This document shows positions 1-10,338 of a stretch of DNA of 64,000 bases, in pieces. Source of the stretch: a virus (lineage: Duplodnaviria > Heunggongvirae > Uroviricota > Caudoviricetes); IMG/VR virus record IMGVR_UViG_3300041955_000143, positions 37,290 through 101,289 of that record; one strand, 5' to 3'. The stretch's first letter is position 1, and each line of letters starts with the position of its first letter. Under the pieces are notes generated by a model. That model had not been told where the DNA came from, ran no database searches, and saw nothing but the letters and a program-made list of their open reading frames with translations. The translations under genes and the position numbers were made by a program.

Positions 1-1885
1 GAGAATCGTTTTAGCGCCAGTCATTACGCCATGGCGAACTAACCCGCTTGCGCCAGCACCAGCACCAGCGCCAGCCGCCGCTCCAGCCCATTCCGCTGTC
101 TTCAGCGGATCGCCGCCGCTGAGAAAGGCGCCGATACTGCCGCCAGCTAGACCGGCCTCCATCATCTGCCGCACTGTGGTTGAGTTGCCGAGCGCCTTGC
201 GCGCGGCGTCATAAACAGTTTCGCGGTTGATTACGGCCTGCAATGCATTGGTGCCTTGTGGTCCAAGTATGGCGGTCGAAAGTTTACGTTGCTGCGGAGA
301 ATTGAGAACGCGAATCGTCACGTCATTTCGATCTGGCGTAGCCTCGACACGATCTGCCATTGCGGAGACGTATCCTTCACGAAATAACTCACGCTCGCTC
401 GGCTTCATCTTCGCCATCTGTTGAACGACGATAGCAGGATCACCCTTCCAGCGTGCAGCTTTACTTCCAGCCTCTAGCGCATCATTGGCACCAAAGAAAT
501 TAGCCGCCACGCCGCGAGCATTGCTGTAGCTCAGCACAAGATCATCGAGTTCGTTGCGCATAGTAGTCGCGAGACCAGTTAATGCGCCGCCCTCGCTCGT
601 TCTACCAGCGCGCATGGCCGCCGACGCCGCATCTCGAAGATTGCGATATGTGTAATCCCAGAATTGCAAATTAGGATACGTCGGGACACCTTGCGGTCCT
701 TTATTGAAGATCAAGCGCCCATCCTGAGTGATGCTAACACCAGGATTGAAGGCACCCATACCTTGCACGATCGCTCGATCTTGTCCTTGCGTCACCGCAT
801 CTTTCATGGCTGACTTGACGGCTGGACTCCCTAATAGAGTTTCCAGCGTTGGAGAAATCAGCGGTTTGTCGCCATCGGAATATGCCTGTTTGTAGGCTCC
901 GACGCGCGTCGCGTCATACGCGGCCTGCAATTCTGCTCGCGTGGTCGTCGCATCAGCACCGCCGCTGACGAGACCGCGCATGGCCGCGCCAACACGCTCA
1001 TTCTGGCCAGCGAATCTTTCCTGTATCGCCCCAGCAAGAGCGGCGCGTCCTTCCGGCGAAGTATTGGCTGCGGAGCGCAGCAATGCGCGCGTATTCTCGC
1101 CGCCAAGATCGGCAAGCATCACAGGCTCGCCAGCGGCTTTAGCTGCCATAAACTCAGTACCCGTAAGTCCTGGCGTCGTCCCGGCTGTTACTTGCGGATA
1201 ATCCCGCGTTAGTGCGCCAGCCACGCGCCGCGCTGCTTCGACTTCTGGATTTATCCAACCGCGGACGGTCGAAACAGCAGGCTTAACGAGATAATCAGCC
1301 GCAGCCTTCCCGATTGTCTCCAATCCAGCACCGCCAGCGCCGCCTACAGCGCCGCTTGCGGCACCAATCGCCGCTTTTTCCAGCGCATCAAGAGGATCGG
1401 TTCCTTCGCTCGCCCCGCTTATCCCGCCGTAAGTCGCGCCAATCTTCGCTCCTTGAGCAAGCCGCGCGGCTAGACCTGGACCGCTTGCCTCTGGGGCCAA
1501 TGCCATGGGCAAGACTGCGCCTGCCAATTCACTACCGCCATAGACATAGGGATGTTCTTTTTGTGCTTGCTGCTCTGCGGCCTTCGTAATATCGCGCATC
1601 TTTTCGTAAGCACCGCTAGGTCCACCAATTTCTTCTACTAATTTCGATACTTTCTCGTGTTCCTCTGGCGAGAGAGCTAAATAAGCTTCAGGTGGCACAC
1701 CAGACGCTGCCAAAGCTCCAGCGATTTGCGGAAGCCATCCTGCAGTGGCCCCTGATCCGACACCTAACGCCGCAGCCTCTAATTTTGATGTTTGCGGCTC
1801 AGATGTAGTTTTAGGCACAAGATCATCGAAACCGCTTGGCTGTGGCGGCTGATTCTGCGGGATAAGATCGTCGAATAGTCCCACG
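1..1885 (-). CDS. Large Gly/Ala-rich virion (internal/ejection-type) protein, N-terminal ~628 aa only; ORF runs off window start
   Basis: Minus-strand frame open from GTG at 1885..1883 (overlapping stop of upstream gene) to coordinate 1 with no stop; translation MGLFDDLIPQNQPP... is low-complexity G/A-rich like phage internal virion proteins; not in ORF track because no stop in window. Confidence 0.45.
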
Positions 1886-1886
1886 A

Positions 1887-4800
1887 TTATAGTCCAGACG
1901 GATCAATGCCCTGTTGACGTAGCCTACCTATCACGGCGTCACGCGGAGCACCACGCGCGATGGCATCACGAGCCTGACTAAGAATATCGTTAGCTGGCGC
2001 CGATCTCTCGGCAGCAGTTGGTGCCTCGCCGCCGATCCGTTCATAAGCTTCCTGTGCTTTCGGCGACAAGAATGAAATGTGATCGCGCGTCGTGCCAAAC
2101 GCTCGATCCCATTGATCAGCGACGGAATCGAGTTGGCCCTTAACTAAACGCACCAAAGTTTGATTAGCAACATGCTGTGCGTCCCGCGCCATAGTAGGAT
2201 CAAAGGCTGCAGCGCGCCACTTATCCAATTCTGCTTGTGCCGCACTACTTGACCCTTTGAACGCCTTTACTGCCTCGTCGTTCACGGCATTAGAAGCAGA
2301 TGCCACGCGCGTTAGACGCGGGTCTTGTTGATGTCTCAAAACCCAATTCCGTACTTCATTGGCATATTGCGTACCTAATCCCCACGGACCAATCGAATTG
2401 GATCTAAAATTATCCAAATCAGTCTGCGCGGCTTCTAATTCGTTCAAATGATTTGCCAAAGTATTCATTGGGCGGATGATGTTGCGCGCAGTCGGCCCCG
2501 AGGTAAATTCGCGTATTGCAGCGTTTCGTGCGGTCCAGTTAACCGCATCAAAACTCGGATCGTAAAGCGCGGCTGATTGCAACATCCCCTGCCAGAACGG
2601 TCGCGCCAATGCGAATGATGATGGCGGCGCAATCTTGCCTTGCACCATCATTTTTACAAGCGCCTGTTGCCCCGGCGTCATTCCTACTAATGCCTGATCG
2701 TTGAGTTGCTTCCCAGCAAGAGGATTCTGGAACACTTGTTCGGACAGGGTTCCTCCCTCTGGGGGCGCCACCACGGAGGTAATTCCAGATTGCCGAAGAA
2801 TCTGTGCAAGTTCCGCTTTTGCCTCTGGTGTTTCATCAGCCATCGCGACTCGCACTGATTGCGGCGTTGCTGGTGCAGTCCCTTGCGGCATATTAGCGGC
2901 AGCGGGCGCAGTAGCGGTCGGGACGGCGGGGGCGACGGTTGGAGTTGGGGATAGAGCAGGAATAGGAGAAGTTACCGGCTCGCCAATGGCGCCAGTGTTA
3001 GGATCAATACGCCTGAAAGTATTAGTTGCTGGGTCACGGATTCCATAAATGTCCTGCCCAAGCGGGCCAGTACCGATCTTTACGGGCTGCATGAGTTGAC
3101 GTCTCTCGGCAGCTTCTTTTTGAGCCAAAATCGCCCGCTGATCGGCCGTTAGATCGGTGTAAGGCCGCGTGTGCAGATCGAGTTCTGATTGCCAATGCTT
3201 GGCCTCAAGGTCTAATTTTTTGGCCTCTAAATCAATTTTTCTTTGGGTGAATCCGGCCGCTTGCTCCTGCTCTTTGAGACCTTGATAAGTCTGGGCCCCC
3301 ATCAGACCACCTTCACCGATCGCCACTCCTGGGAATGGAGAACGTGAAGCCAGCATCCCAAGACCAGCGGCCGTCAATGCTGGCCAAAGTTTAGAGTTCC
3401 CCGACCAGTCAATTCCGGCAGGCGTGGGCGAGGCTGCGGCCACTCCAGTCGGAGTAGGCGGTGCCGCGGGCGCAATGCCAGTTGGCGGCGGGGCGAAAGC
3501 GAGGGCCTGCGACGGCATACCGCCGCCCTCGAATTTGTTTTGCCACAGATTCGCAAACTGACCAGCCGTCATTCCCAAGCTGCCGCCGTTTTGTAGTACG
3601 GCATCGCGGCCGACGATGCTCGCCGCAGGCGCGTTGGGATTTGCCAAAAGGGCAAGTGCGCCGTTCGCGCCTTGCTGGTGAGCCAGATATAGCTCGGCGG
3701 CCGTAGGATCGCGGCCCAGCGCGGCGCGGAGAACCTGCTGGTTATCCCGCCCTAATCGTCCAGCCGCATCAGCGCTCGCCGCTGGGTCAGTGGGGTCATC
3801 CAAGCCGTATTGCTTGGCCGTGCTCGGAACGAATTGGAAAAGACCGCTCGCCCCGGAGAACTCATTCCTAGCGTCCGGATTGAGGCCCGATTCGATCTTG
3901 GCGGTTCTCGCCAAGTAACCAGACGGCAGGCCGTATTTGTCCTCTGTCTTGTCGAACAGGGTCGGGCTGCGCCCCGTTGAGACCTCGGGCGGCAACGCGG
4001 CCACACCAGCATCGGCATCGCTCGGGCGCGACGGCGGCAAGGGGACATCGGTGAGAACGCCGTTAGCCGCGTTGGGAGGCGGCAGCATAATCGCGGTATT
4101 GTCTGTCGGATTGATTACGCTACCCGCCCATGACGGCATATTGGTCACGTCGGAAAAGGCTTGATCGAAGTCTGGCCCTCCACCTTCCGCATAGCCGCGT
4201 GGCACCATTATCCGGTCGTGCGTCGGCAGACCGGCAATGCCGCCGGAGGCAAAACGGCCGACACCTCCGCCGTGTGCCCATCCGAGTCCGCTCTGGTCAG
4301 TACCCATACCGAATCCCGACATGTCGGCTGACACGCCAGGATTGGCCGGGGTGACGATATTGCCTTCGTATGTCGGGGCACCTCCACCGGACGGAATGTT
4401 GCCCGGCGAGACACCAACCGGCGCGTTCAGCCCTTGCTGAATGCCCTTTGCCATCTGGCCGATCTGCTGGCCTTGGACCTGCGGTTGCTGGGGTGGCTGT
4501 GGCGGCCTAGGAGGCCCAGGGCCGCGCGCTAGCGATCCGGTCGGCACATATCCAGTCCCGCCGCCATACGGCATCCCTGCCGCTCCGTAGGGGAATGCGG
4601 ATATGCCTGTGGTCTGACCGCCGCCGAGCGCAAAGCCTGGAACCTCGCCGCCTGCGGCAAAGTGTCGCGCTCTATTCGCTACACCGCCATGCCATCGGCG
4701 GATCGCGTCCTTCGTGGCCTCGTCGTAGTCGACGTGCTTGATGCCATGGACTTCATGCACGGCGTCTGGATGATGATGCTCGACGTCCTGCGCAACGAGT

Positions 4801-5762
4801 CCTATGCGAGTCTCAGGATCGCCCTTATAGTTGAAGCGATAGATGGTCTGGCCGTCGAATAGCTTGCCGATCCGATGCAGGTTCTCTTTCACTCTACGGT
4901 CGGAACCAGTTAGAAATGGTATCGCGCCAGCCGAACCGAATAATCCGGTGAGCGTCGTTCCCAAGCCGAGAGCCTGACTGATAGGATTTGGCGGCGGCCC
5001 AATCGTCTGCGCCGTTCCGCCCATCAAACTGCCGAGGCTTCCAGCAATCCCCGCTCCATATTGTTCAGTCTGGAACGGATAGGCGAGTTGGTTGAGGTAT
5101 TGCTGATAGTTGAAAACGTCTTGGGCTTGCTGCGTCTGTTGCTCAGTCGTACCAGCACCAATCTGCGCGCCAGCGCCCGTTAGCCCTAAATTCTGCGCCG
5201 ATCCCGCGATGCCGCTCAGGCCGTATGCTCCAGCCTGCGCCGCCTGTTGTTCGGAGAGCGCGGTGTTGACTCCTTGCGTATAACCCTGACTTTCGAGGCC
5301 AGCGATAACCGGGGCTTGGGCGAGTTGCTCTTGGTTCGCCGTTTCCGCCTGCGCGATCGCCTCGCGGTTGCCGCCGAGCGCACCCTGAGCAATCGCGTTG
5401 CCTTGCACCTGTTGTTGTTGGAGCGCGTTCTGCGCGTTGAACTCTTGTTGGGTCGCGCCGACGACCTGCTGCGTATAAGGATTCTCGTAATTCTGGATTT
5501 GAGCCGCCGTGATCGGTTGACCGGCGCTGAGCGCCATCTGCTCGGCGGTCGACATCGCCGGCTGCGCGGCGTTTGCGTATTGATTGATTCCACTGATCCC
5601 CGCATATTGCTGGGCATTTATTGGGGCCACGCCTTGGCCAGAAAAAGCAGTGTAGGGCGTCTGACTAAGATTAAGAGCATTGTTCAAAAGCGACGTGTAC
5701 GCCGACATCGCCTGCGGTGTAGGCGTCGTGGTTTGGGTCGTTGTATTCTTGTTCCCGCACAT
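1887..5762 (-). CDS. Multidomain virion protein: Q/G-rich N-terminus, internal peptidase-S74-like intramolecular chaperone motif (TGSDRRVKENL...GLVAQDVEHHHPDAV...VDYDEA), Pro-rich linker, SLT lytic transglycosylase domain (AKIESGLNPDARNEFSGASGLFQFVPSTAKQYGL)
   Basis: ORF open to 5822 but first 20 codons overlap the upstream gene; Met21 (5762) or Met39 (5708) is the likely start; domain motifs read directly from translation. Confidence 0.65.
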   Translation of the reverse strand: MCGNKNTTTQTTTPTPQAMSAYTSLLNNALNLSQTPYTAFSGQGVAPINAQQYAGISGINQYANAAQPAMSTAEQMALSAGQPITAAQIQNYENPYTQQVVGATQQEFNAQNALQQQQVQGNAIAQGALGGNREAIAQAETANQEQLAQAPVIAGLESQGYTQGVNTALSEQQAAQAGAYGLSGIAGSAQNLGLTGAGAQIGAGTTEQQTQQAQDVFNYQQYLNQLAYPFQTEQYGAGIAGSLGSLMGGTAQTIGPPPNPISQALGLGTTLTGLFGSAGAIPFLTGSDRRVKENLHRIGKLFDGQTIYRFNYKGDPETRIGLVAQDVEHHHPDAVHEVHGIKHVDYDEATKDAIRRWHGGVANRARHFAAGGEVPGFALGGGQTTGISAFPYGAAGMPYGGGTGYVPTGSLARGPGPPRPPQPPQQPQVQGQQIGQMAKGIQQGLNAPVGVSPGNIPSGGGAPTYEGNIVTPANPGVSADMSGFGMGTDQSGLGWAHGGGVGRFASGGIAGLPTHDRIMVPRGYAEGGGPDFDQAFSDVTNMPSWAGSVINPTDNTAIMLPPPNAANGVLTDVPLPPSRPSDADAGVAALPPEVSTGRSPTLFDKTEDKYGLPSGYLARTAKIESGLNPDARNEFSGASGLFQFVPSTAKQYGLDDPTDPAASADAAGRLGRDNQQVLRAALGRDPTAAELYLAHQQGANGALALLANPNAPAASIVGRDAVLQNGGSLGMTAGQFANLWQNKFEGGGMPSQALAFAPPPTGIAPAAPPTPTGVAAASPTPAGIDWSGNSKLWPALTAAGLGMLASRSPFPGVAIGEGGLMGAQTYQGLKEQEQAAGFTQRKIDLEAKKLDLEAKHWQSELDLHTRPYTDLTADQRAILAQKEAAERRQLMQPVKIGTGPLGQDIYGIRDPATNTFRRIDPNTGAIGEPVTSPIPALSPTPTVAPAVPTATAPAAANMPQGTAPATPQSVRVAMADETPEAKAELAQILRQSGITSVVAPPEGGTLSEQVFQNPLAGKQLNDQALVGMTPGQQALVKMMVQGKIAPPSSFALARPFWQGMLQSAALYDPSFDAVNWTARNAAIREFTSGPTARNIIRPMNTLANHLNELEAAQTDLDNFRSNSIGPWGLGTQYANEVRNWVLRHQQDPRLTRVASASNAVNDEAVKAFKGSSSAAQAELDKWRAAAFDPTMARDAQHVANQTLVRLVKGQLDSVADQWDRAFGTTRDHISFLSPKAQEAYERIGGEAPTAAERSAPANDILSQARDAIARGAPRDAVIGRLRQQGIDPSGL

Positions 5763-5764
5763 CT

Positions 5765-6448
5765 CTAAGTTGTGGCGATTGCCGCCGTCCCGTTGTTGGC
5801 TGTCTTTTTGGACGCACCCCACAAGTTATCTTCTGCTTGCACGGCCTCGGCGGCCTCCTTCAGTAGCGGCCCAAGTTTCTTCTGCGCCACTGAGAACGTG
5901 ATCGAGCGAGGCGATTTCGTACAAGTGTTTGCGAACTCCTTGAGTCTCTGCCGAAGTTCGCTGTGATCTTCCATCGGTTCAGAACGCCATTGCGGTGCAT
6001 TGAAAACAAAAAACGCGCCCGCAGGATAGCCAAGTGCGCGGCGATATAGGCGCACTTTTCCAGCCATGCTACGGTTCGTAATTATGCCAGTTACGAGCGG
6101 CATATTCATTTTCATGGCGCACGACTTGCCGAACTCGATCAGCGCCTCAGCATTATGCGATCGCCGATGATCGCCGTCGACAAAGTTCCAGAGTTCGGAA
6201 AGATGCCATTGATCGGAATACCAATAGTCGGACAGGATTAAACAGGTCGAAGCCTCGAGGTGTCCCGTTTCGCCGATCACTCCGACAATCGCCCCCTTTT
6301 GCTTGAAACAACGGTGCAAGTAGCCTCGGACCTTGTCCTCATTCAGCGTAAAGAGTCCGTTTTCCTCCCAAAGACGACGACACATCGACATTACATCGTC
6401 TTCATCGGCCGGGACGGCAATTCTTACTTTCGGAAGTTCTGTGCCCAT
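5765..6448 (-). CDS. hypothetical protein (227 aa)
   Basis: Co-directional ORF in virion gene string, contiguous with neighbours; no confident domain assignment. Confidence 0.4.
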   Translation of the reverse strand: MGTELPKVRIAVPADEDDVMSMCRRLWEENGLFTLNEDKVRGYLHRCFKQKGAIVGVIGETGHLEASTCLILSDYWYSDQWHLSELWNFVDGDHRRSHNAEALIEFGKSCAMKMNMPLVTGIITNRSMAGKVRLYRRALGYPAGAFFVFNAPQWRSEPMEDHSELRQRLKEFANTCTKSPRSITFSVAQKKLGPLLKEAAEAVQAEDNLWGASKKTANNGTAAIATT

Positions 6449-6744
6449 CAGTTCGGCTTCGCCCTTTCGGCCGACTCATCCGAGCCATTATGCGCGATCC
6501 GCGCTTGATCTTGCCGCCCTTTCTCGATTGATTCGAGTTGCCTCGTCAGCATGTCGCGGAGTTGAGCCGCGCAAGCCTCGTCCATGCGGATACGACAACT
6601 GATTGCGGGATCAGGCTCTACCGTCTTGCCGTCGTCGCTCGGCGTGAAAAGAAACGTAGCGAGACTCAAATTGACGACGCCGTTAAAGACGCCGATGCCA
6701 ACTACGTTCGTAACGAAAGTCACGTCGTCGCTAATGGATTTCAC
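6448..6744 (-). CDS. hypothetical protein (98 aa)
   Basis: ORF with start/stop coupling to neighbours. Confidence 0.35.
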   Translation of the reverse strand: MKSISDDVTFVTNVVGIGVFNGVVNLSLATFLFTPSDDGKTVEPDPAISCRIRMDEACAAQLRDMLTRQLESIEKGRQDQARIAHNGSDESAERAKPN

Positions 6745-7028
6745 GATTGCACCTCTCTCATGCCATCCTCTTGATAAAGTCTAAGCACATCTCGGTCGCC
6801 AGCCTCAGTGCGCGAAAGGTGGAATGGCACGCCATTCTTGGTAAGCCTTCCGGTCCAAGGATCGCCAATCCGAAATCGTAGAACATTGTCGAAAAACCTC
6901 TCGTCGGTAATGACCCTACCGTCACTCAAAGCGAGGCGAAGGATTTTACTCAATTCGCCAGTAGCTCCGTCAAATTCCCATTCAATGTCCTTGACGGTAA
7001 CTATCGGCGCGCGAACTTCGTCATTCAT
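6741..7028 (-). CDS. hypothetical protein (95 aa)
   Basis: ORF with 4-nt overlap coupling to HNH gene. Confidence 0.35.
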   Translation of the reverse strand: MNDEVRAPIVTVKDIEWEFDGATGELSKILRLALSDGRVITDERFFDNVLRFRIGDPWTGRLTKNGVPFHLSRTEAGDRDVLRLYQEDGMREVQS

Positions 7029-7771
7029 AGCAATCTCCCAAGAGCGCGGGCATAGTCAATGGGATCGCGAGCGCCCTTCGCGAGATTGCATTTGGCACAA
7101 GTGATCTGGATGTTACTACGGTGATTGCTGCCGCCCGGTCGAGACAGGGCAATAATATGGTCGATGTGATAATCGAGGCCGAGTTTGCGACGGCAGTAAG
7201 CGCATTTCCTTCCTTGCATCCGCAAAATCGAAGCAATGTCATCGGTAGTAAATGAACCTGGGGCAAGCTTTTCGATTGCGCGGCGGCGATGTCCTGAAAC
7301 CCTCGCGTTGTGTTTAGCGCGCTCTGGATGATCCAAGGCCCATTGCCGCGTGCGCTCTTGGGCCCTTTGGCGATATTCCTCGTCAGCAGGTTTGCGCCCC
7401 TGTACTCGGCGCTGTTCCTTTACTTCAGGTCTCTTTACGCGTTTTTGGTGCAAGAGACGCGCACAATAAACGCAGTGACGCCCTTTAACGAAACGCAAGC
7501 CATCGTGGCCGTGAACACACTCCCTACCGTAGTAGTAAATCGACCCCTGTTTTATCGCCTCATCGCGAGGAGATTTTCTTGGCGGTTTCCGATTAGCCGC
7601 AGCACGCTTAGCAGCACCCAAGCTAACGCATTCACAGCATGTTGCCTTTGAAGTATAGCGTTCCGAGACGTGCCCATGAGGACACGGCCTATCGACAAAA
7701 TACCGCTTGAGGCCAAGTAGCCTCGCCTCTTTACGCGAAATGATTGGACGCCTAGTTTCATCGTCAGCCAT
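7025..7771 (-). CDS. HNH endonuclease (Cys-rich zinc-finger N-terminus)
   Basis: Motif YHIDHIIALSRPGGSNHRSNIQITCAKCNLAKGA is a canonical HNH core; multiple CxxC/H pairs upstream. Confidence 0.7.
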   Translation of the reverse strand: MADDETRRPIISRKEARLLGLKRYFVDRPCPHGHVSERYTSKATCCECVSLGAAKRAAANRKPPRKSPRDEAIKQGSIYYYGRECVHGHDGLRFVKGRHCVYCARLLHQKRVKRPEVKEQRRVQGRKPADEEYRQRAQERTRQWALDHPERAKHNARVSGHRRRAIEKLAPGSFTTDDIASILRMQGRKCAYCRRKLGLDYHIDHIIALSRPGGSNHRSNIQITCAKCNLAKGARDPIDYARALGRLL

Positions 7772-7801
7772 CTTGAGCGCTCCAGTAGCTCACCTTGGTT
7801 A

Positions 7802-7993
7802 CATGCTTATCCGGTTGTCTCACACAGTCAGTCGAAGTAGTCCGTTTTGGTATCGAGCTTTCGGCGCATGATGACTTGGTGCCACAAATAGCCGCCAATC
7901 AGTCCCCAATCGCCAATTTCGTAGGATACGCGAAGCAACTGCCATGCTGTTTTCATGTCCTAACCCCCTGTGTGAGACAACCGGATAAGCATG
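7802..7993. mobile_element. 192-bp MITE with perfect 26-bp terminal inverted repeats (CATGCTTATCCGGTTGTCTCACACAG) flanked by 8-bp target-site duplication CTTGGTTA (7794..7801 and 7994..8001)
   Basis: TIRs and TSD read directly; first 13-15 nt of TIR match the ends of the IS1595-family element at 36598..38899. Confidence 0.65.
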
Positions 7994-8046
7994 CTTGGTT
8001 AGAGGCTCGTTGGCGCACCCACGCCTTCGGGCCTCGATTCATCTTA

Positions 8047-9084
8047 TCACTTCTTCGCTGGCGGCGGCAGTTTTCGCAACGTGCCGATCTCTTTCTTACG
8101 TTGGCTCATTACGAAATTGTCCAACGCAGCGTGTCCGAGTTTAAGGCTCCCGTGTTTTTGGATAATGGCCCAAGGTGGAACGATTACCTCACCACCACTA
8201 ACATCGACAGGGACCGCTTCGTAATGGCCAGCGCCACGTGCGCCACCTTCGCTGTAGGTAAACAACCCGCCTCCAATGGCAAACTTGGTGAATGCCCTCG
8301 GCGGACGAGGTAGATTGCCGTGAGGCATGTGCGGCGTTGGCCCCATGCCGTAAGGCCCCATATGGTACATTTTCCCTAAAAGGTTCATTCCAGCCAAGGA
8401 GTTGCCGTGCCCTAAAGAAGACACGGTTGAGGAAGGGACCACGTAAGAGCCCGCAGGAACTTTGATTTGATGCGCGTCGGTGCGACCTGGCACAGATGAA
8501 ACAACTGGCCCGACGTGTAATTGTCTCGCCTCGTTCCGCTCGAACCACGGCGGATTCATGCTTGGCGGTCGACTCACGTTCAGGCCGCCCATTTGGCGGT
8601 TTGCGACGCCGCCGCGGCGGAGCAACTGAGTCCCCATAGGTCTAACGGGTTGCGATTGCGCGGTCCCGACGGTACTCGCCGCAGTGGTTGCCGCGTTCGG
8701 CATTAACGGATTTGTGGATTGCGTTCCCGGTGCAACGCCAACGGTATTAGTGGCATTGGTTAGTGCCGTGGCAACGGCGCTACTCGGCGCCGCAGGATTC
8801 GATGCTCCCGGCACGGCAGGCGATGGGGCACCAGTCGATCCCGCGCCAGCCCCGGAGCCCTGTTGGAGAGCGCTTATGATGGCTTGAACGGGGTTAACGC
8901 CTCCGCCGTCGTCGAAGGTTGGAACCACGCCGCCAGAGGCTTTCCGCGAATTGGAAAGCGCTATGGCGATAGCCTGCTTGCGCGCCCTTTCCGGACCAAA
9001 CTTCCCGAGCGTATGGGCGAAGGTTTTACCCCCGCGCAACTCCTTGATGGTCTCGCCGACAGGTGCGCCAGGAGTGAGCGGCAT
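8047..9084 (-). CDS. Gly/Pro-rich virion-associated protein (345 aa) with repeated basic-GG-hydrophobic motifs
   Basis: Long ORF in structural block; motifs RGGKTF, SGGVVP, RRGGVANRQMGG, SGGEVIVP resemble repeats in the 296-aa protein at 17742..18632. Confidence 0.45.
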   Translation of the reverse strand: MPLTPGAPVGETIKELRGGKTFAHTLGKFGPERARKQAIAIALSNSRKASGGVVPTFDDGGGVNPVQAIISALQQGSGAGAGSTGAPSPAVPGASNPAAPSSAVATALTNATNTVGVAPGTQSTNPLMPNAATTAASTVGTAQSQPVRPMGTQLLRRGGVANRQMGGLNVSRPPSMNPPWFERNEARQLHVGPVVSSVPGRTDAHQIKVPAGSYVVPSSTVSSLGHGNSLAGMNLLGKMYHMGPYGMGPTPHMPHGNLPRPPRAFTKFAIGGGLFTYSEGGARGAGHYEAVPVDVSGGEVIVPPWAIIQKHGSLKLGHAALDNFVMSQRKKEIGTLRKLPPPAKK

Positions 9085-9091
9085 TTATCCC

Positions 9092-9415
9092 CTACCTCGC
9101 ATTTAGATTGCCGCCCTCGCCAATCTCGATTGAGAGCGGCATGGGACGGCTACGGGCCGCAGCATATTCAGCGTCGGAAAGGCACTCCTCGCTTGTGGTA
9201 TATTGCGGGAAAGAAAACCCACATTCGCCTTGAGTGTATTCGCATATGCCGTCTTTGCGACAGGCGAGTTGGGGAAGGCAGACGACCGCAGGCACGGTGG
9301 TATTCATCGTTCGCACCGTGACGCTATGCGGCCTGTCTGCGGGACAATCGGCCGCAACGGCCGCGGCTGTAGAAGCCACCGTGATTGCGATTGCGAGGAT
9401 TAACCGGACCATCAT
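9092..9415 (-). CDS. small secreted Cys-rich protein
   Basis: N-terminal hydrophobic signal MMVRLILAIAITVASTAAAVAA then 8 Cys; ORF open to 9493 but Met27 gives the signal-peptide start. Confidence 0.4.
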   Translation of the reverse strand: MMVRLILAIAITVASTAAAVAADCPADRPHSVTVRTMNTTVPAVVCLPQLACRKDGICEYTQGECGFSFPQYTTSEECLSDAEYAAARSRPMPLSIEIGEGGNLNAR

Positions 9416-9461
9416 TCCCTCTACCGTTGCTTTAGCACGTTTTTCCTCAGATTCGTATAGG

Positions 9462-9800
9462 TTACTTGCCCAACACACTCCATTGCGAGCCATTCCAGAA
9501 AACTAGGTACGTCACGGCCCCGGTAGCGGCGGTCGCATTTGCCCCCCATGCCAATGCGGCGGCTCCATTCGTAATGACAGCTATCGAGCCTATCGCGGGA
9601 GAAGCGGGCAGAGTCGTTGTCGTATAGGCTTTGACGCTCTCCGGGAAATTGACCGCCTTCAACGCCGCGATCAGCGTTAGCATATTCTGATTGGCGTTGC
9701 TGAGTTGGCGGACGACGCCTTGAAGGGTCGATACAATGTCGGTCGAGCCGGCCGTGCCTTGGCCGGGAGTCGGACCGCCGGGCGCTTGTGGCATACTCAT
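9462..9800 (-). CDS. hypothetical protein (112 aa), Ala/Thr-rich
   Basis: ORF in tail-gene neighbourhood. Confidence 0.4.
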   Translation of the reverse strand: MSMPQAPGGPTPGQGTAGSTDIVSTLQGVVRQLSNANQNMLTLIAALKAVNFPESVKAYTTTTLPASPAIGSIAVITNGAAALAWGANATAATGAVTYLVFWNGSQWSVLGK

Positions 9801-10114
9801 TTCGGCAATCCTCCGACGATCAAACCTTCCCTAATTCGACCGTGCCACAAGCCGCCAGGACTTCCGTCGATTGACGGTTCGACCGTCATCGTATCGAAGC
9901 TAGCGCCGTCAATGCCACCCGTGACCGTCCAAGCGAAATCAGGACGGCAACCCTGCACGTCGTCGTCCTCAAATAAATTCCACTGCTCCCGCGTCGGCAT
10001 CTTCACGACGAAGCAACTCTGCCGCCATTTGGGATCAATCGGGCTAACGAACGTGAAGCCGACGCGCTTCCCGTCTTTCATCAGCCATTTCGGATTGAGA
10101 TCGACGAGTCTCAT
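9797..10114 (-). CDS. hypothetical protein (~105 aa)
   Basis: ORF open to 10237 but upstream part overlaps the membrane-protein gene; Met42 start abuts its stop. Confidence 0.35.
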   Translation of the reverse strand: MRLVDLNPKWLMKDGKRVGFTFVSPIDPKWRQSCFVVKMPTREQWNLFEDDDVQGCRPDFAWTVTGGIDGASFDTMTVEPSIDGSPGGLWHGRIREGLIVGGLPK

Positions 10115-10338
10115 GACCGATTGCACACCTCGCCGAATTGTATCGCTGTCCCGGCTACGCCAATACAGAAGCACACCAACCCGATCACGAACGAGAAAAA
10201 CGCAAACCAGCCGAGCCAATAATCCAGCCACGTCCATGCCATCGTGACGTGCGAAACTGCCTCAAAGGATAGCGCGAGCACTCCCATGCCGACCAAGGTA
10301 AGCAAAATAGTCCCGATTATTCTACAGAGCTTTCTCAT
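10111..10338 (-). CDS. small two-helix membrane protein (holin-like candidate)
   Basis: 75 aa with two hydrophobic helices (IIGTILLTLVGMGVLAL; WLGWFAFFSFVIGLVCFCIGVAG). Confidence 0.35.
   Translation of the reverse strand: MRKLCRIIGTILLTLVGMGVLALSFEAVSHVTMAWTWLDYWLGWFAFFSFVIGLVCFCIGVAGTAIQFGEVCNRS

Noticed and set aside
7795-8313. 172-aa plus-strand ORF beginning inside the MITE
   Set aside because: Starts within the terminal inverted repeat and runs antisense into the 345-aa virion gene
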